Of a DNA stretch of 64,000 bases, positions 1-8,046 are shown piece by piece. How positions within the stretch are numbered: position 1 is the stretch's first letter; every line of letters starts with the position of its first letter. Under the pieces are notes generated by a model. It saw only the letters and a list, made by a program, of their open reading frames with translations. It was not told the origin of the DNA and ran no database searches. This DNA comes from an uncultured delta proteobacterium (GTDB lineage: Bacteria; Bdellovibrionota; FAC87; UBA2466), in assembly GCA_963778115.1 (NCBI GenBank), contig CAVZSV010000004.1, positions 2,400,001 through 2,464,000 on the forward strand, written 5' to 3'. A program made the translations under genes and the position numbers.

Positions 1-457
1 GTCTTGCGACTCGACGGAAGCAATCTAAATTGTAGTCAATTCCGGCAATCCCGTGGCCTAGATCTTCTAAAGGCACTTTGCACTGGGTGATGCTGACCTC
101 TTCGAGATATTCCTGTGCGAGTAATAAAGGAAGTATCTGCTTTGCGGCAGCAAGAGAAAAATGGCGGAGGGGTTCATCCGAAGGCAAATAAACATTCAAC
201 ACGAGATGAGTGATGCCCATCTCCCGACAAGTGGGAAGCGCATAGACGATATCTCCCAGTTTTCCGCTGTGAATGGCCACTTTTCCGACGGGGCTTATAC
301 GAGGGAGAGGGCTCGCCTTTTTTTCGTGATATAGCAATTCGATAGGAATACTTCGCCAAGGCGTTTTCTCGACGGGTCTACCGACCCGGGGAGCCTCGCC
401 TTTTCTTACCCTTGGCTCGGTCCTCGGCAGTTCTATGGGTAGCGACTCTTCTATCAT
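1..457 (-). CDS. GT9-like (heptosyltransferase-fold) glycosyltransferase, 5' part; runs off the window
   Basis: Not in the ORF track; translated by hand: MIEESLP...HSGKLGDIVYALPTC...IDYNLDCFRR, open to base 1. The LGDxxxxxP motif is GT9-like. Its ATG overlaps the upstream stop (ATGA, 454-457). Confidence 0.6.
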   Translation of the reverse strand, partial: MIEESLPIELPRTEPRVRKGEAPRVGRPVEKTPWRSIPIELLYHEKKASPLPRISPVGKVAIHSGKLGDIVYALPTCREMGITHLVLNVYLPSDEPLRHFSLAAAKQILPLLLAQEYLEEVSITQCKVPLEDLGHGIAGIDYNLDCFRRVAR

Positions 458-1470
458 TGGTTAGCCGAAACTTTGATAGGATCGATGTTTAACAATTGAA
501 CCCATTGCCTACGTATCTCCTCTTTCCAAAAGAGGCATTCGTTGACGAAGTTCTTGTTCTTTAGCGCGGATTCAATATTTTCCCGGATATTGCAGGTTTC
601 GGTCAAGGAGATAAAGGGAGTGGGAGCGGCTTTCGCTTCTCCAAGAGAATCCACCACGAGCACTGCAGGCTTCAAAAGAGAGTTGGCGAGTATAGCGAAT
701 CCCGGACTTGAAGTGACGACGACATCGGAGTTTTCCATCAGTTCCAAGTAGTCGGAGGCTTCATAAGAATATTTAATTTGCTCAGGAAAGAGAGCTGAAA
801 AGCGCATGAAATCGTCCATGGTTGGCGCGATGACATCTACGGTGGCATCCTGGGAAAGCCGTGTGACACTCTGACATAGTTTTCTGAGGGTAGTCTCGTT
901 AAGTCTAGCTCCAGGTCTTTGGCTGTGTTGTAAGATGGCCGCAATTTTTAAATTCCCTGACTGAAGTTGAGGGCGCGCCAGCCCTCCATGTTTCGAAGCA
1001 AAGAGGGTCGGACAAGGCAGGAGCTGGGCGTTTAGATCATACCGCTGCAACCATTGGAGAGTTGCCCTGTCTTTCGCTGTAATGACATTATGGGGTCGAC
1101 TGAAACAAACAAGTTCTGCGGGAGAAAAGTGCACGGGTTGTTCCGGCATTTCCATTCCCAATGCCAATAGAGGAACTTCACTCTTAGTGAGACAGCCAAA
1201 AAGCAGTTCCATTTCGCGGCCGTGCCATTGGGAGGTCCCCGCCAAGACTACCGCCGAGAACGGCAACAAGGTTTCATGCCTGAAGGAGTTGGACTCGAGT
1301 TTGGTACGGTGTGTTTTTTGTCCGTCGGTGCGAAGCAGATCTGGATTCTTATCGTAAAGAGCCCAGTTTAGCTTCTTGGGAGTCAGCCCCTCCATCAGGT
1401 TTCTGATCCCTAAAAAGATCCATTCGTGCTCGGGAGTATATTGGCGTGAAGAGGCAACTAGTACGTTCAT
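454..1470 (-). CDS. Polysaccharide pyruvyl transferase-like protein
   Basis: 338 aa; ITAKD, LLPCPTLF and DVVVTS segments resemble a divergent PS_pyruv_trans family; glycan-locus context. Confidence 0.6.
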   Translation of the reverse strand: MNVLVASSRQYTPEHEWIFLGIRNLMEGLTPKKLNWALYDKNPDLLRTDGQKTHRTKLESNSFRHETLLPFSAVVLAGTSQWHGREMELLFGCLTKSEVPLLALGMEMPEQPVHFSPAELVCFSRPHNVITAKDRATLQWLQRYDLNAQLLPCPTLFASKHGGLARPQLQSGNLKIAAILQHSQRPGARLNETTLRKLCQSVTRLSQDATVDVIAPTMDDFMRFSALFPEQIKYSYEASDYLELMENSDVVVTSSPGFAILANSLLKPAVLVVDSLGEAKAAPTPFISLTETCNIRENIESALKNKNFVNECLFWKEEIRRQWVQLLNIDPIKVSANQ

Positions 1471-1497
1471 AGTAGTGAGTAAGGGTGTTCTAGAGTC

Positions 1498-1525
1498 TTA
1501 TCGGTAATTGTGGAGCGTGGGTTTA
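1498..1525 (-). promoter_or_regulatory. Putative sigma-28 (FliA)-type promoter
   Basis: TAAA-N16-ACCGATAA on the minus strand, about 30 nt upstream of the start at 1470. Confidence 0.45.
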
Positions 1526-1578
1526 GCAATTGTGGGGGAACGGGCATAATTTTCTCTACGCAAAGCATCAATAAAACT

Positions 1579-1687
1579 GCCAGTGCGATTGGTGAAGCGA
1601 AGTGGCGAACGTAACTCGTAAAGGGCGTACGAGTGAAGTCAGCAACCATTTGTCTTACAGGTTGCTTGGGCGTTGCTTCGCAATGAC
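1579..1687. repeat. REP-like nested palindrome (GTCATTGCGA...TCGCAATGAC type)
   Basis: Outer arms GCCAGTGCGA / TCGCAATGAC; inner inverted pairs ACTCGTA/TACGAGT and AGCAACC/GGTTGCT; intergenic between divergent genes. Confidence 0.55.
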
Positions 1688-1741
1688 CGCTATGTGCTCG
1701 TGATAAAATAATGATCAACACTCACCGGAGCCAATGTCGTC

Positions 1742-3643
1742 ATGGCGCATAACGTCGAAAACCCACTCATCCCCTCCTTTGCATCATCGCTATCCGAATC
1801 CATCTCAAAAGAGAAAACGAGAAGTTGGGTTGGGATTGCGGTCTTTGTAAGTGCCGTCATCGGCTCAATCTCAGTCTACCTTTGGCGGTGTCGATTCGGC
1901 GCGGATCTTACCGACGAAGCTTTCTATATCATTCCCGCTTGGAAAAATTTCTTGATGGGGGACAGGCCTTTTGCCAACGAATACCTAAACGGGATGAGAC
2001 AGTTCGATATTCTAAATTTTCTTCTTATTCGTCCCTGGTTGCCCTATTCGATTCTAGCGATTCGGCGGGCGGCGGTATTGGTCTATGCCCTTTTGCTTCT
2101 TTTTTATACCCAGCTGTTTTTCAAGAAGAAGATGGGACTAACGGCGTCGCTTGCTTTCGTGCTTTGTCTGACCTTCGATTACTTTCTCATGCCCACCTGG
2201 TCCTACAACTGGTGGGTAAGGGACATGGTGCTTTTGCACCATTCGTTATTGTTTCTGGCCAAAGAGCAGCCTGTGTACCGCAAGAAACTGCTTTTTGGAG
2301 CAGGATTTGCCCTCGGCGTGGCGGTAGTCGCTTACAACTCCCTACTACCTACCATCTTAATGGCAGGACTCATTTTGGGGTTTGGGGCCAGCTTTTTTGA
2401 TCGGAGGCAGCCGAACGCTCGTCCCAAGAGAAACCGAAACTTACTGGCCCTGCCCTATATTTTGGGAGCCGTCACCATCTGTTTTCCCGATGCCCTTTAT
2501 CTTTTGACGTCCTACCACCCCTGGCTTGCATCAGTAAGGGCGATGGTCACGATGAGCGATTATGCGGGAGGAGGAGTTCCCCATAAGATCCTAGAGCTTT
2601 CTTCTTTTCTATTTAGAAGGTGGGAGCTCTGGGCACTGCTTGTTACGCTCGTCGTATTTGATTCCGACGCTGCTTGGACTACTCCGCTAAGAGATTTAGA
2701 GTACTGGCCTGAAAAATGGGAGAAAGTAAGGAAGTGGATCTTTGCCCCACTGCTAATTTTAATTTTGAGCCGGTTTTATTATTTTAAGGATCCAGCACAA
2801 GTCCTGGGCGACTATGTCGCTCTTGGAGCATGCGGAGCTATCGTGTTGGCTTTCTTCGCATGGGTCCATAACGACATTTACCTGCTCTTGAGTGTTTCCG
2901 TATCCCTGATGGTGGCAGCGAGTATGGCTATCTCTTCCGCTAATAGCTACTTAGCTTTCTTTTGGGTGATGCCCAGTCTTATTATTCCTTTTCTGGCGTG
3001 TGAGACCGACGATGTGACGGCAAGGCTTCGTCCTTTTCACTGGCAACGGGTGACCAGCGAAGGGTTGGGGCACACACTCTTACTTCTTTTTGTTGGTTAC
3101 GTCAGTTTGGGAACTTTTTGGTATCAACGAAACCATACCTATTACGATGTCCCCCCGGGAAACTGTACGGAGCGACTCTCGATGGCCCCTCTGGAAGGGG
3201 TTCAAACCTCTCCTCGCCGAGCCTTTTTGATCCAAAAGATAGCCGAGCTCGTCGAACTCAAACCCTTCGTTCTCACTTTCTCCGAAATTTCAGGTCCCCT
3301 TCTTTTTTCTAAAGCGAGGCCTTCGATGGATACGGGACTCGTGGAACGAGTCGCTACGGACGAGACCAACCGGCGATCTCTGTTAAAGATGTGGCAAGAG
3401 AACCGGCTACCTTCAATCATTATCAAAGCCAAAATCCGCCCCTGGTACTGGGGAATTCAACATCCGCTGGCACACATTCCGATGGAATATAAGCCCACGG
3501 ATCTCATGGTCCGTTTCACCAATTGTGTTCGCGATGAGACCTTAGCCAGCTTCGAGGAGTTCGATGCCTATTCCGTTAAAGCGGATATGGTAGGGCAATG
3601 TGTGGACGAACTGACTGGGGGAAGCTCCGCAAGCCAAAGCTAA
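1742..3643 (+). CDS. Multi-pass membrane protein, GT-C-like glycosyltransferase
   Basis: 633 aa, many TM segments, acidic DLTDEAFY motif after TM1, soluble C-terminal domain. Confidence 0.6.
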   Translation: MAHNVENPLIPSFASSLSESISKEKTRSWVGIAVFVSAVIGSISVYLWRCRFGADLTDEAFYIIPAWKNFLMGDRPFANEYLNGMRQFDILNFLLIRPWLPYSILAIRRAAVLVYALLLLFYTQLFFKKKMGLTASLAFVLCLTFDYFLMPTWSYNWWVRDMVLLHHSLLFLAKEQPVYRKKLLFGAGFALGVAVVAYNSLLPTILMAGLILGFGASFFDRRQPNARPKRNRNLLALPYILGAVTICFPDALYLLTSYHPWLASVRAMVTMSDYAGGGVPHKILELSSFLFRRWELWALLVTLVVFDSDAAWTTPLRDLEYWPEKWEKVRKWIFAPLLILILSRFYYFKDPAQVLGDYVALGACGAIVLAFFAWVHNDIYLLLSVSVSLMVAASMAISSANSYLAFFWVMPSLIIPFLACETDDVTARLRPFHWQRVTSEGLGHTLLLLFVGYVSLGTFWYQRNHTYYDVPPGNCTERLSMAPLEGVQTSPRRAFLIQKIAELVELKPFVLTFSEISGPLLFSKARPSMDTGLVERVATDETNRRSLLKMWQENRLPSIIIKAKIRPWYWGIQHPLAHIPMEYKPTDLMVRFTNCVRDETLASFEEFDAYSVKADMVGQCVDELTGGSSASQS

Positions 3644-3652
3644 GGGGTGCTG

Positions 3653-5317
3653 CTATCGAAAGAAGAACGGCCTAGCCTTTTTTTCAGGGGCGGGAGCTGC
3701 GTGATCGGGCTCAACAGGCGGTAATGGGATCATTCCATTGGGATCGATTCCACACAGTTTTCCCGTGCGAATAAAATTGTCTCTCATCCTGTCCTTAACG
3801 AATTCGGCGTCCTCCATCATTTGGCAGTGAAACTGATCCGCTTGGATCGAGGTCTTAGGTTCCTGGCCTATGGGAAGTCCTCCTTCATATGGAGGACACA
3901 AGAACGCACCACAAGAATCTTTATACAACTTAGCGGCCTTCTTGTCGGAAAGGTAGGCGGCCGAAAGAGAAGCACACAGATTGAATAGGGGAACTACCCG
4001 TTCGCCAAAAATCGATCGTCTCGCATCCGGATCTTTTTGGTCCTCGGCTCGCTTAAAGACACTTTCGAAATTTCGCCGCTTAAAACCCGCGGTTATTCCT
4101 TTGGGACCAGAGAAATTTTCTTCATCTTGTGTTTTCATCTCTTCTTTGATTCGTCGAAGCATCGAACTAGTCAGGCGTTTGGCTACATTCCGCAGTATCG
4201 CCTGACTCCCGTTATTGGCGGCATCTTCGGCAGCTTTCTGTGAACTCTTCCAGTCTTCTCGACGTCCGTAAGCGGCAAATTCCGGGTCAATGGCGTTTTC
4301 AAGGAGGGTGCTCTTTAAATCTAAATTCGTAATGGCCATTCGTAGCCGCTCTTCGGTGTCTTTTTTCTTCTCCGCCGGAGCTTGGGCCCATTCCCTTGCA
4401 GCTTTCAAAAAGGTCTTAAGCTCTGTCGCTCTAAGGGACGACATGCGACTATCTTGTTCACTGAGAATGATGGGGGGAGTTTCAAAAGAATTAGAAATCG
4501 TTTTAAGAATTTCCTCTAAAAATTCTTCCTGTTTCAGGCCCAATGGATCTGGAACCTTTGCGCCCAATAAAGAATAGATGTCGTTGAGTGAAGTGTTGCC
4601 CTTTTCTCCCGCTTTCACCAAGGCGAGATCTTCTAGCAGCCGCTTGAACTTAGCACTTTCAAAGAAAGCCGAGACGGGAAGTTTCACGGTGGGTTCCGGA
4701 GTTGTTTTGTGCTTCCACAGACCGCATGCCATGGCACCGTAGTAAGAGTCGTAAAGAAGACAGGCTTGAGAGGCAAAAGTAATCAAACCGGAAACTGCTT
4801 TTCCGTTCTCTGCGGCCTCCGAAGTTCCATTAGCGATAGCAGCGATCCGGGTCACCATATCTCCGAATCCGCCGACACCCAATTCAGCTGCCCGAACTGC
4901 CGGAGTCTGGGCCGTTCCTGAATGAAGAATTTCGATAGTGGCTCCTGCCAAATTACTCGCGAGGGCTCCTTTGCAGTCGCTATTGATCTTCAATTTCGAA
5001 AGATAATCGAGAAGTGGATCGATACCGCCCACTACCTGTTCGGCGGTGGCTGGAGTGGCTGGTTTTTCTTGTTGCTTTCTAAGTCCCTGGAGAGCGTTGT
5101 CCAAGTAGTTAGTGTCTTTGAGTTCATCTTTGCAGCGTTTGCTAATTTCGTCCAAAGCCGCCGCGATTTTGTTCATCGCATCTTTTAGAGGACTATTAGA
5201 ATCGAAGGGTTTGAGGAAAGGACATTTTTCATTTTTCGTTTCGGTTCCTTTCAGATCCACAGCGATCGCGTTGCCCGAAAGAAAAGCGAAAAGCAGAATG
5301 TAAGCGGAGTTTCTCAC
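3653..5317 (-). CDS. Secreted hypothetical protein (helical, Cys-containing)
   Basis: 554 aa ORF with signal peptide (MRNSAYILLFAFLSGNAIA); no family recognised. Confidence 0.7.
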   Translation of the reverse strand: MRNSAYILLFAFLSGNAIAVDLKGTETKNEKCPFLKPFDSNSPLKDAMNKIAAALDEISKRCKDELKDTNYLDNALQGLRKQQEKPATPATAEQVVGGIDPLLDYLSKLKINSDCKGALASNLAGATIEILHSGTAQTPAVRAAELGVGGFGDMVTRIAAIANGTSEAAENGKAVSGLITFASQACLLYDSYYGAMACGLWKHKTTPEPTVKLPVSAFFESAKFKRLLEDLALVKAGEKGNTSLNDIYSLLGAKVPDPLGLKQEEFLEEILKTISNSFETPPIILSEQDSRMSSLRATELKTFLKAAREWAQAPAEKKKDTEERLRMAITNLDLKSTLLENAIDPEFAAYGRREDWKSSQKAAEDAANNGSQAILRNVAKRLTSSMLRRIKEEMKTQDEENFSGPKGITAGFKRRNFESVFKRAEDQKDPDARRSIFGERVVPLFNLCASLSAAYLSDKKAAKLYKDSCGAFLCPPYEGGLPIGQEPKTSIQADQFHCQMMEDAEFVKDRMRDNFIRTGKLCGIDPNGMIPLPPVEPDHAAPAPEKKARPFFFR

Positions 5318-5325
5318 GTGTTTGG

Positions 5326-6405
5326 CTAAGCGGAAGCTTCCCGGCGTCGAGTTTTTGGGAGCTTATATGCTCCCCCGACTGTAGTTTCCACACCCGATGA
5401 AGTCAGTGACTGAGTTGCTGCTTCCAAGACGCGAACGACGTCCAGACCATTCTCGCCATCTGAAATAGGTTCCCGGTTCTCGGCGATACAGTTGATAAAA
5501 TGGCGGCACTCGTTCTTAAGAGGCTCACCTAGAGTGATTTTGGGAATTACCAGATCTCCTTCCTGGATGACCGCTTTAAAAGCTTGGATAGTATCGGTGA
5601 TAGTCGATTGGGAACTCGATCTGGTAACCGTTTTGTCATAGATATGAATAGGACCCACCGGATCCATATCATCAAAGACGACCATGCGTTTGGTCCCTAC
5701 CACCACGATTTGGCGTTCCTTGCGGGGATCGAGCCAGCTAACGTGCAGACTAGCCATGACATTATTGGGGTATTTAAAAGAAGCAAATACCACGTCGTGC
5801 ACGGGCGGATTGATATGTTGAATGCCTGTCGCATTCGCGGTCAAAGGGGAGCTACCCAGCCAGTAGTTGAAAATAGCGATATCGTGGGGAGCTAAATCCC
5901 AGAGTGCATTTACGTCTTTGCGAATGGGGCCTAGATTGACCCGCTTCCCATAGATATAAATGATGTCACCTAGTTCATTTCGGGCGATGCGATCTTTCAC
6001 GTACTGTACTGCCGGATTATACAAGAAGACGTGACCAACCATGAGTTTTAACGATTTTTCCCTCGCCATGTCTATCAAAACGCGACACTCTTTCGCCGTT
6101 GTGGCCATGGGCTTTTCGATAAAGAGGTGTTTGCCGGACTGAAGACAGAGGCGCGCGATTTCAAAATGAGTCTCTGTTGGAGTACAAATGGCGACCGCAT
6201 CTACTTCGGGATGGGTAATCACGTCTTTTATTTGGCTTGTGGTTTGTAAACCACGGAAGCGTGAAGCGATAGCGAGTGCTCGCGCCTTATCCAGGTCGCA
6301 AATCATTTTTAGTTCTACCCGAGGGTCGTCGTAGAAATTGCGGACCAGGTTGGGACCCCAGTGGCCCGTACCGATGACAGCAAGCCTCACTTTAACGTCG
6401 GACAT
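5326..6405 (-). CDS. Gfo/Idh/MocA family oxidoreductase (NDP-sugar dehydrogenase-like)
   Basis: GTGHWG Rossmann motif, EKP, DLAPHD. Confidence 0.9.
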   Translation of the reverse strand: MSDVKVRLAVIGTGHWGPNLVRNFYDDPRVELKMICDLDKARALAIASRFRGLQTTSQIKDVITHPEVDAVAICTPTETHFEIARLCLQSGKHLFIEKPMATTAKECRVLIDMAREKSLKLMVGHVFLYNPAVQYVKDRIARNELGDIIYIYGKRVNLGPIRKDVNALWDLAPHDIAIFNYWLGSSPLTANATGIQHINPPVHDVVFASFKYPNNVMASLHVSWLDPRKERQIVVVGTKRMVVFDDMDPVGPIHIYDKTVTRSSSQSTITDTIQAFKAVIQEGDLVIPKITLGEPLKNECRHFINCIAENREPISDGENGLDVVRVLEAATQSLTSSGVETTVGGAYKLPKTRRREASA

Positions 6406-6417
6406 AAGATCCTCCAG

Positions 6418-7140
6418 CTAGTTTCTAAGTCCTAGCCTAAGCAGTAGTAACGGTCGTAAAATGCTCCACCATCCCGTGATCGGCTTCATTTTCGTGTAGC
6501 CTAGGTTTTTTGGGGGGTAGATTTTAGTTACGGGAACTTCCTGACAGCGAAATCCCAAAGTGATCGCTTTGTAGTAAAGATAGGGTTCAAGCTCATATTG
6601 ATCGAGCCACGCTTGATTCAACTTGATGCGATCATCACTAAGTAATTCGCAACGAAATGCGCGAAACCCGTTGGTCGATTCGGTTACTTTCCTTCCGGTG
6701 AAAAGCGAAAACAGCAAAGGATGTAAGCGTGTTGCCCACTTTCGGTAGTGAGGCATGTCGCCACCGTAACCACCAGTGGGCAAAAACCTAGAGCCTTGGA
6801 CGAAATCGGCCTTCCGGTCCGCGATGGGATCTAACAATCGGGTAATTTCTTTCGGCTCGTCTTTGTTATTCCCCGCGATGACGACTACAACATCATATTT
6901 GCGTTTAGCGTATTCGAAGCCGGTCCTTAGTGCGGCTCCCACACCGCATACGTTGCTCAAAGAGAGTACTGTGGCACCTTCGCTCTTTGCGGCTTCGGCG
7001 GAACTATCGGAAGATCCGTCGTCCACGACAAGAATCTCGTCCGCTAGCCCCACTTCACGAGTCCGCTTTACCACTTGAACAATCTTCTGCTCTTCATTGT
7101 AGCAAGGAGCGATGACGCAAAATGTGAGTCCGCGATACAT
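6418..7140 (-). CDS. GT2 glycosyltransferase, polyprenol-phosphate sugar synthase (DPM1)-like
   Basis: PCYNEE, VVDDGSSD, GSRF, NGFRAF. Confidence 0.85.
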   Translation of the reverse strand: MYRGLTFCVIAPCYNEEQKIVQVVKRTREVGLADEILVVDDGSSDSSAEAAKSEGATVLSLSNVCGVGAALRTGFEYAKRKYDVVVVIAGNNKDEPKEITRLLDPIADRKADFVQGSRFLPTGGYGGDMPHYRKWATRLHPLLFSLFTGRKVTESTNGFRAFRCELLSDDRIKLNQAWLDQYELEPYLYYKAITLGFRCQEVPVTKIYPPKNLGYTKMKPITGWWSILRPLLLLRLGLRN

Positions 7141-7142
7141 AG

Positions 7143-7970
7143 TTAGGGTGTTACCTCAGTAACCGAAGGTACCTTTTCGATGGATTTCTGAGTAGATCCA
7201 GAATCAAGCAGCGGAGTTATGGGATAAATCAGAGCGCGATCGGTTTTGGGTTCAAGTCCTAAACGAACTATTAGCCAAGGGCGAAGCATGGACCACCACG
7301 AGATAATGGGAGTTATCTTCGAATAATTCTTTCCTGACGCGGGATACACCATGCTAATGGGAACTTCGAGATAGCGTGATTTCCCCAGGAGTACCTTAGC
7401 GAGGACATAGTATTCAAATTCATAACGATAGAGCCAGGGATGATCCCAATCGGGTGCGTCGTTTTCAAGGACGGAAAGTTTGTAAGCGCGGTACCCACAA
7501 GTGGCATCGGTCACTCGTTTTCCCGTCAGAAAGCGAGGGATTTGATTAAAGATAAAAGGAATTCCAAATTTTCGAAATTTCGGTGCATTCACAAATCTGC
7601 CACCGGGAAGAAAACGACTCCCCCAAACGTAGTCTGCTTGATTAGCTCGAATGGGGTCTAATAGCCGATACATTTCGGCGGGTAACATCTTCCCATTTCC
7701 GGCCATGTGAATGACGACATCAAATCCGTGTTTCAGAGCGTATCTGGTCCCCTGGATGAGAGCGTGTCCTATTCCGATTCGACCGTGATTACGAATGTAA
7801 TTGAAACCCGATCTTCGAATCATTCCGAAAGAGCCATCGTTACTGCCGTCATCAATGAAGAGCACTTCGTCACAAGCAAGATGATTGCGACAACGCTCAA
7901 AGAGCAGAGCCAATTCGGAAGCTTGATTGAAGACGGGAACAATACACAGTGATCGCATAGATTGCCTCAA
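7143..7970 (-). CDS. GT2 glycosyltransferase, DPM1-like (paralog of the adjacent gene)
   Basis: PVFNQ, IDDGSND, GSRF, DATCGYRAY; shares a WW.(M/I)LRP C-terminus with its neighbour. Confidence 0.85.
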   Translation of the reverse strand: MRQSMRSLCIVPVFNQASELALLFERCRNHLACDEVLFIDDGSNDGSFGMIRRSGFNYIRNHGRIGIGHALIQGTRYALKHGFDVVIHMAGNGKMLPAEMYRLLDPIRANQADYVWGSRFLPGGRFVNAPKFRKFGIPFIFNQIPRFLTGKRVTDATCGYRAYKLSVLENDAPDWDHPWLYRYEFEYYVLAKVLLGKSRYLEVPISMVYPASGKNYSKITPIISWWSMLRPWLIVRLGLEPKTDRALIYPITPLLDSGSTQKSIEKVPSVTEVTP

Positions 7971-8046
7971 GTCGTAGTGGGACTTGATTACTCATCGGCA
8001 AATTGTGAAGGAAATATGAGGAAAACGACTTAGTTTGGTAGACGGC

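Noticed and set aside
1..30. GCGACTCGACGGAAGCAATC resembles the REP-like arm at 32028
   Set aside because: It lies inside the open minus-strand GT9-like frame (encodes LDCFRRVAR), so it is probably coincidental.
1467..1721. 84-aa ORF upstream of the pyruvyltransferase-like gene
   Set aside because: It overlaps the palindromic repeat and the putative promoter, and has no recognisable features.
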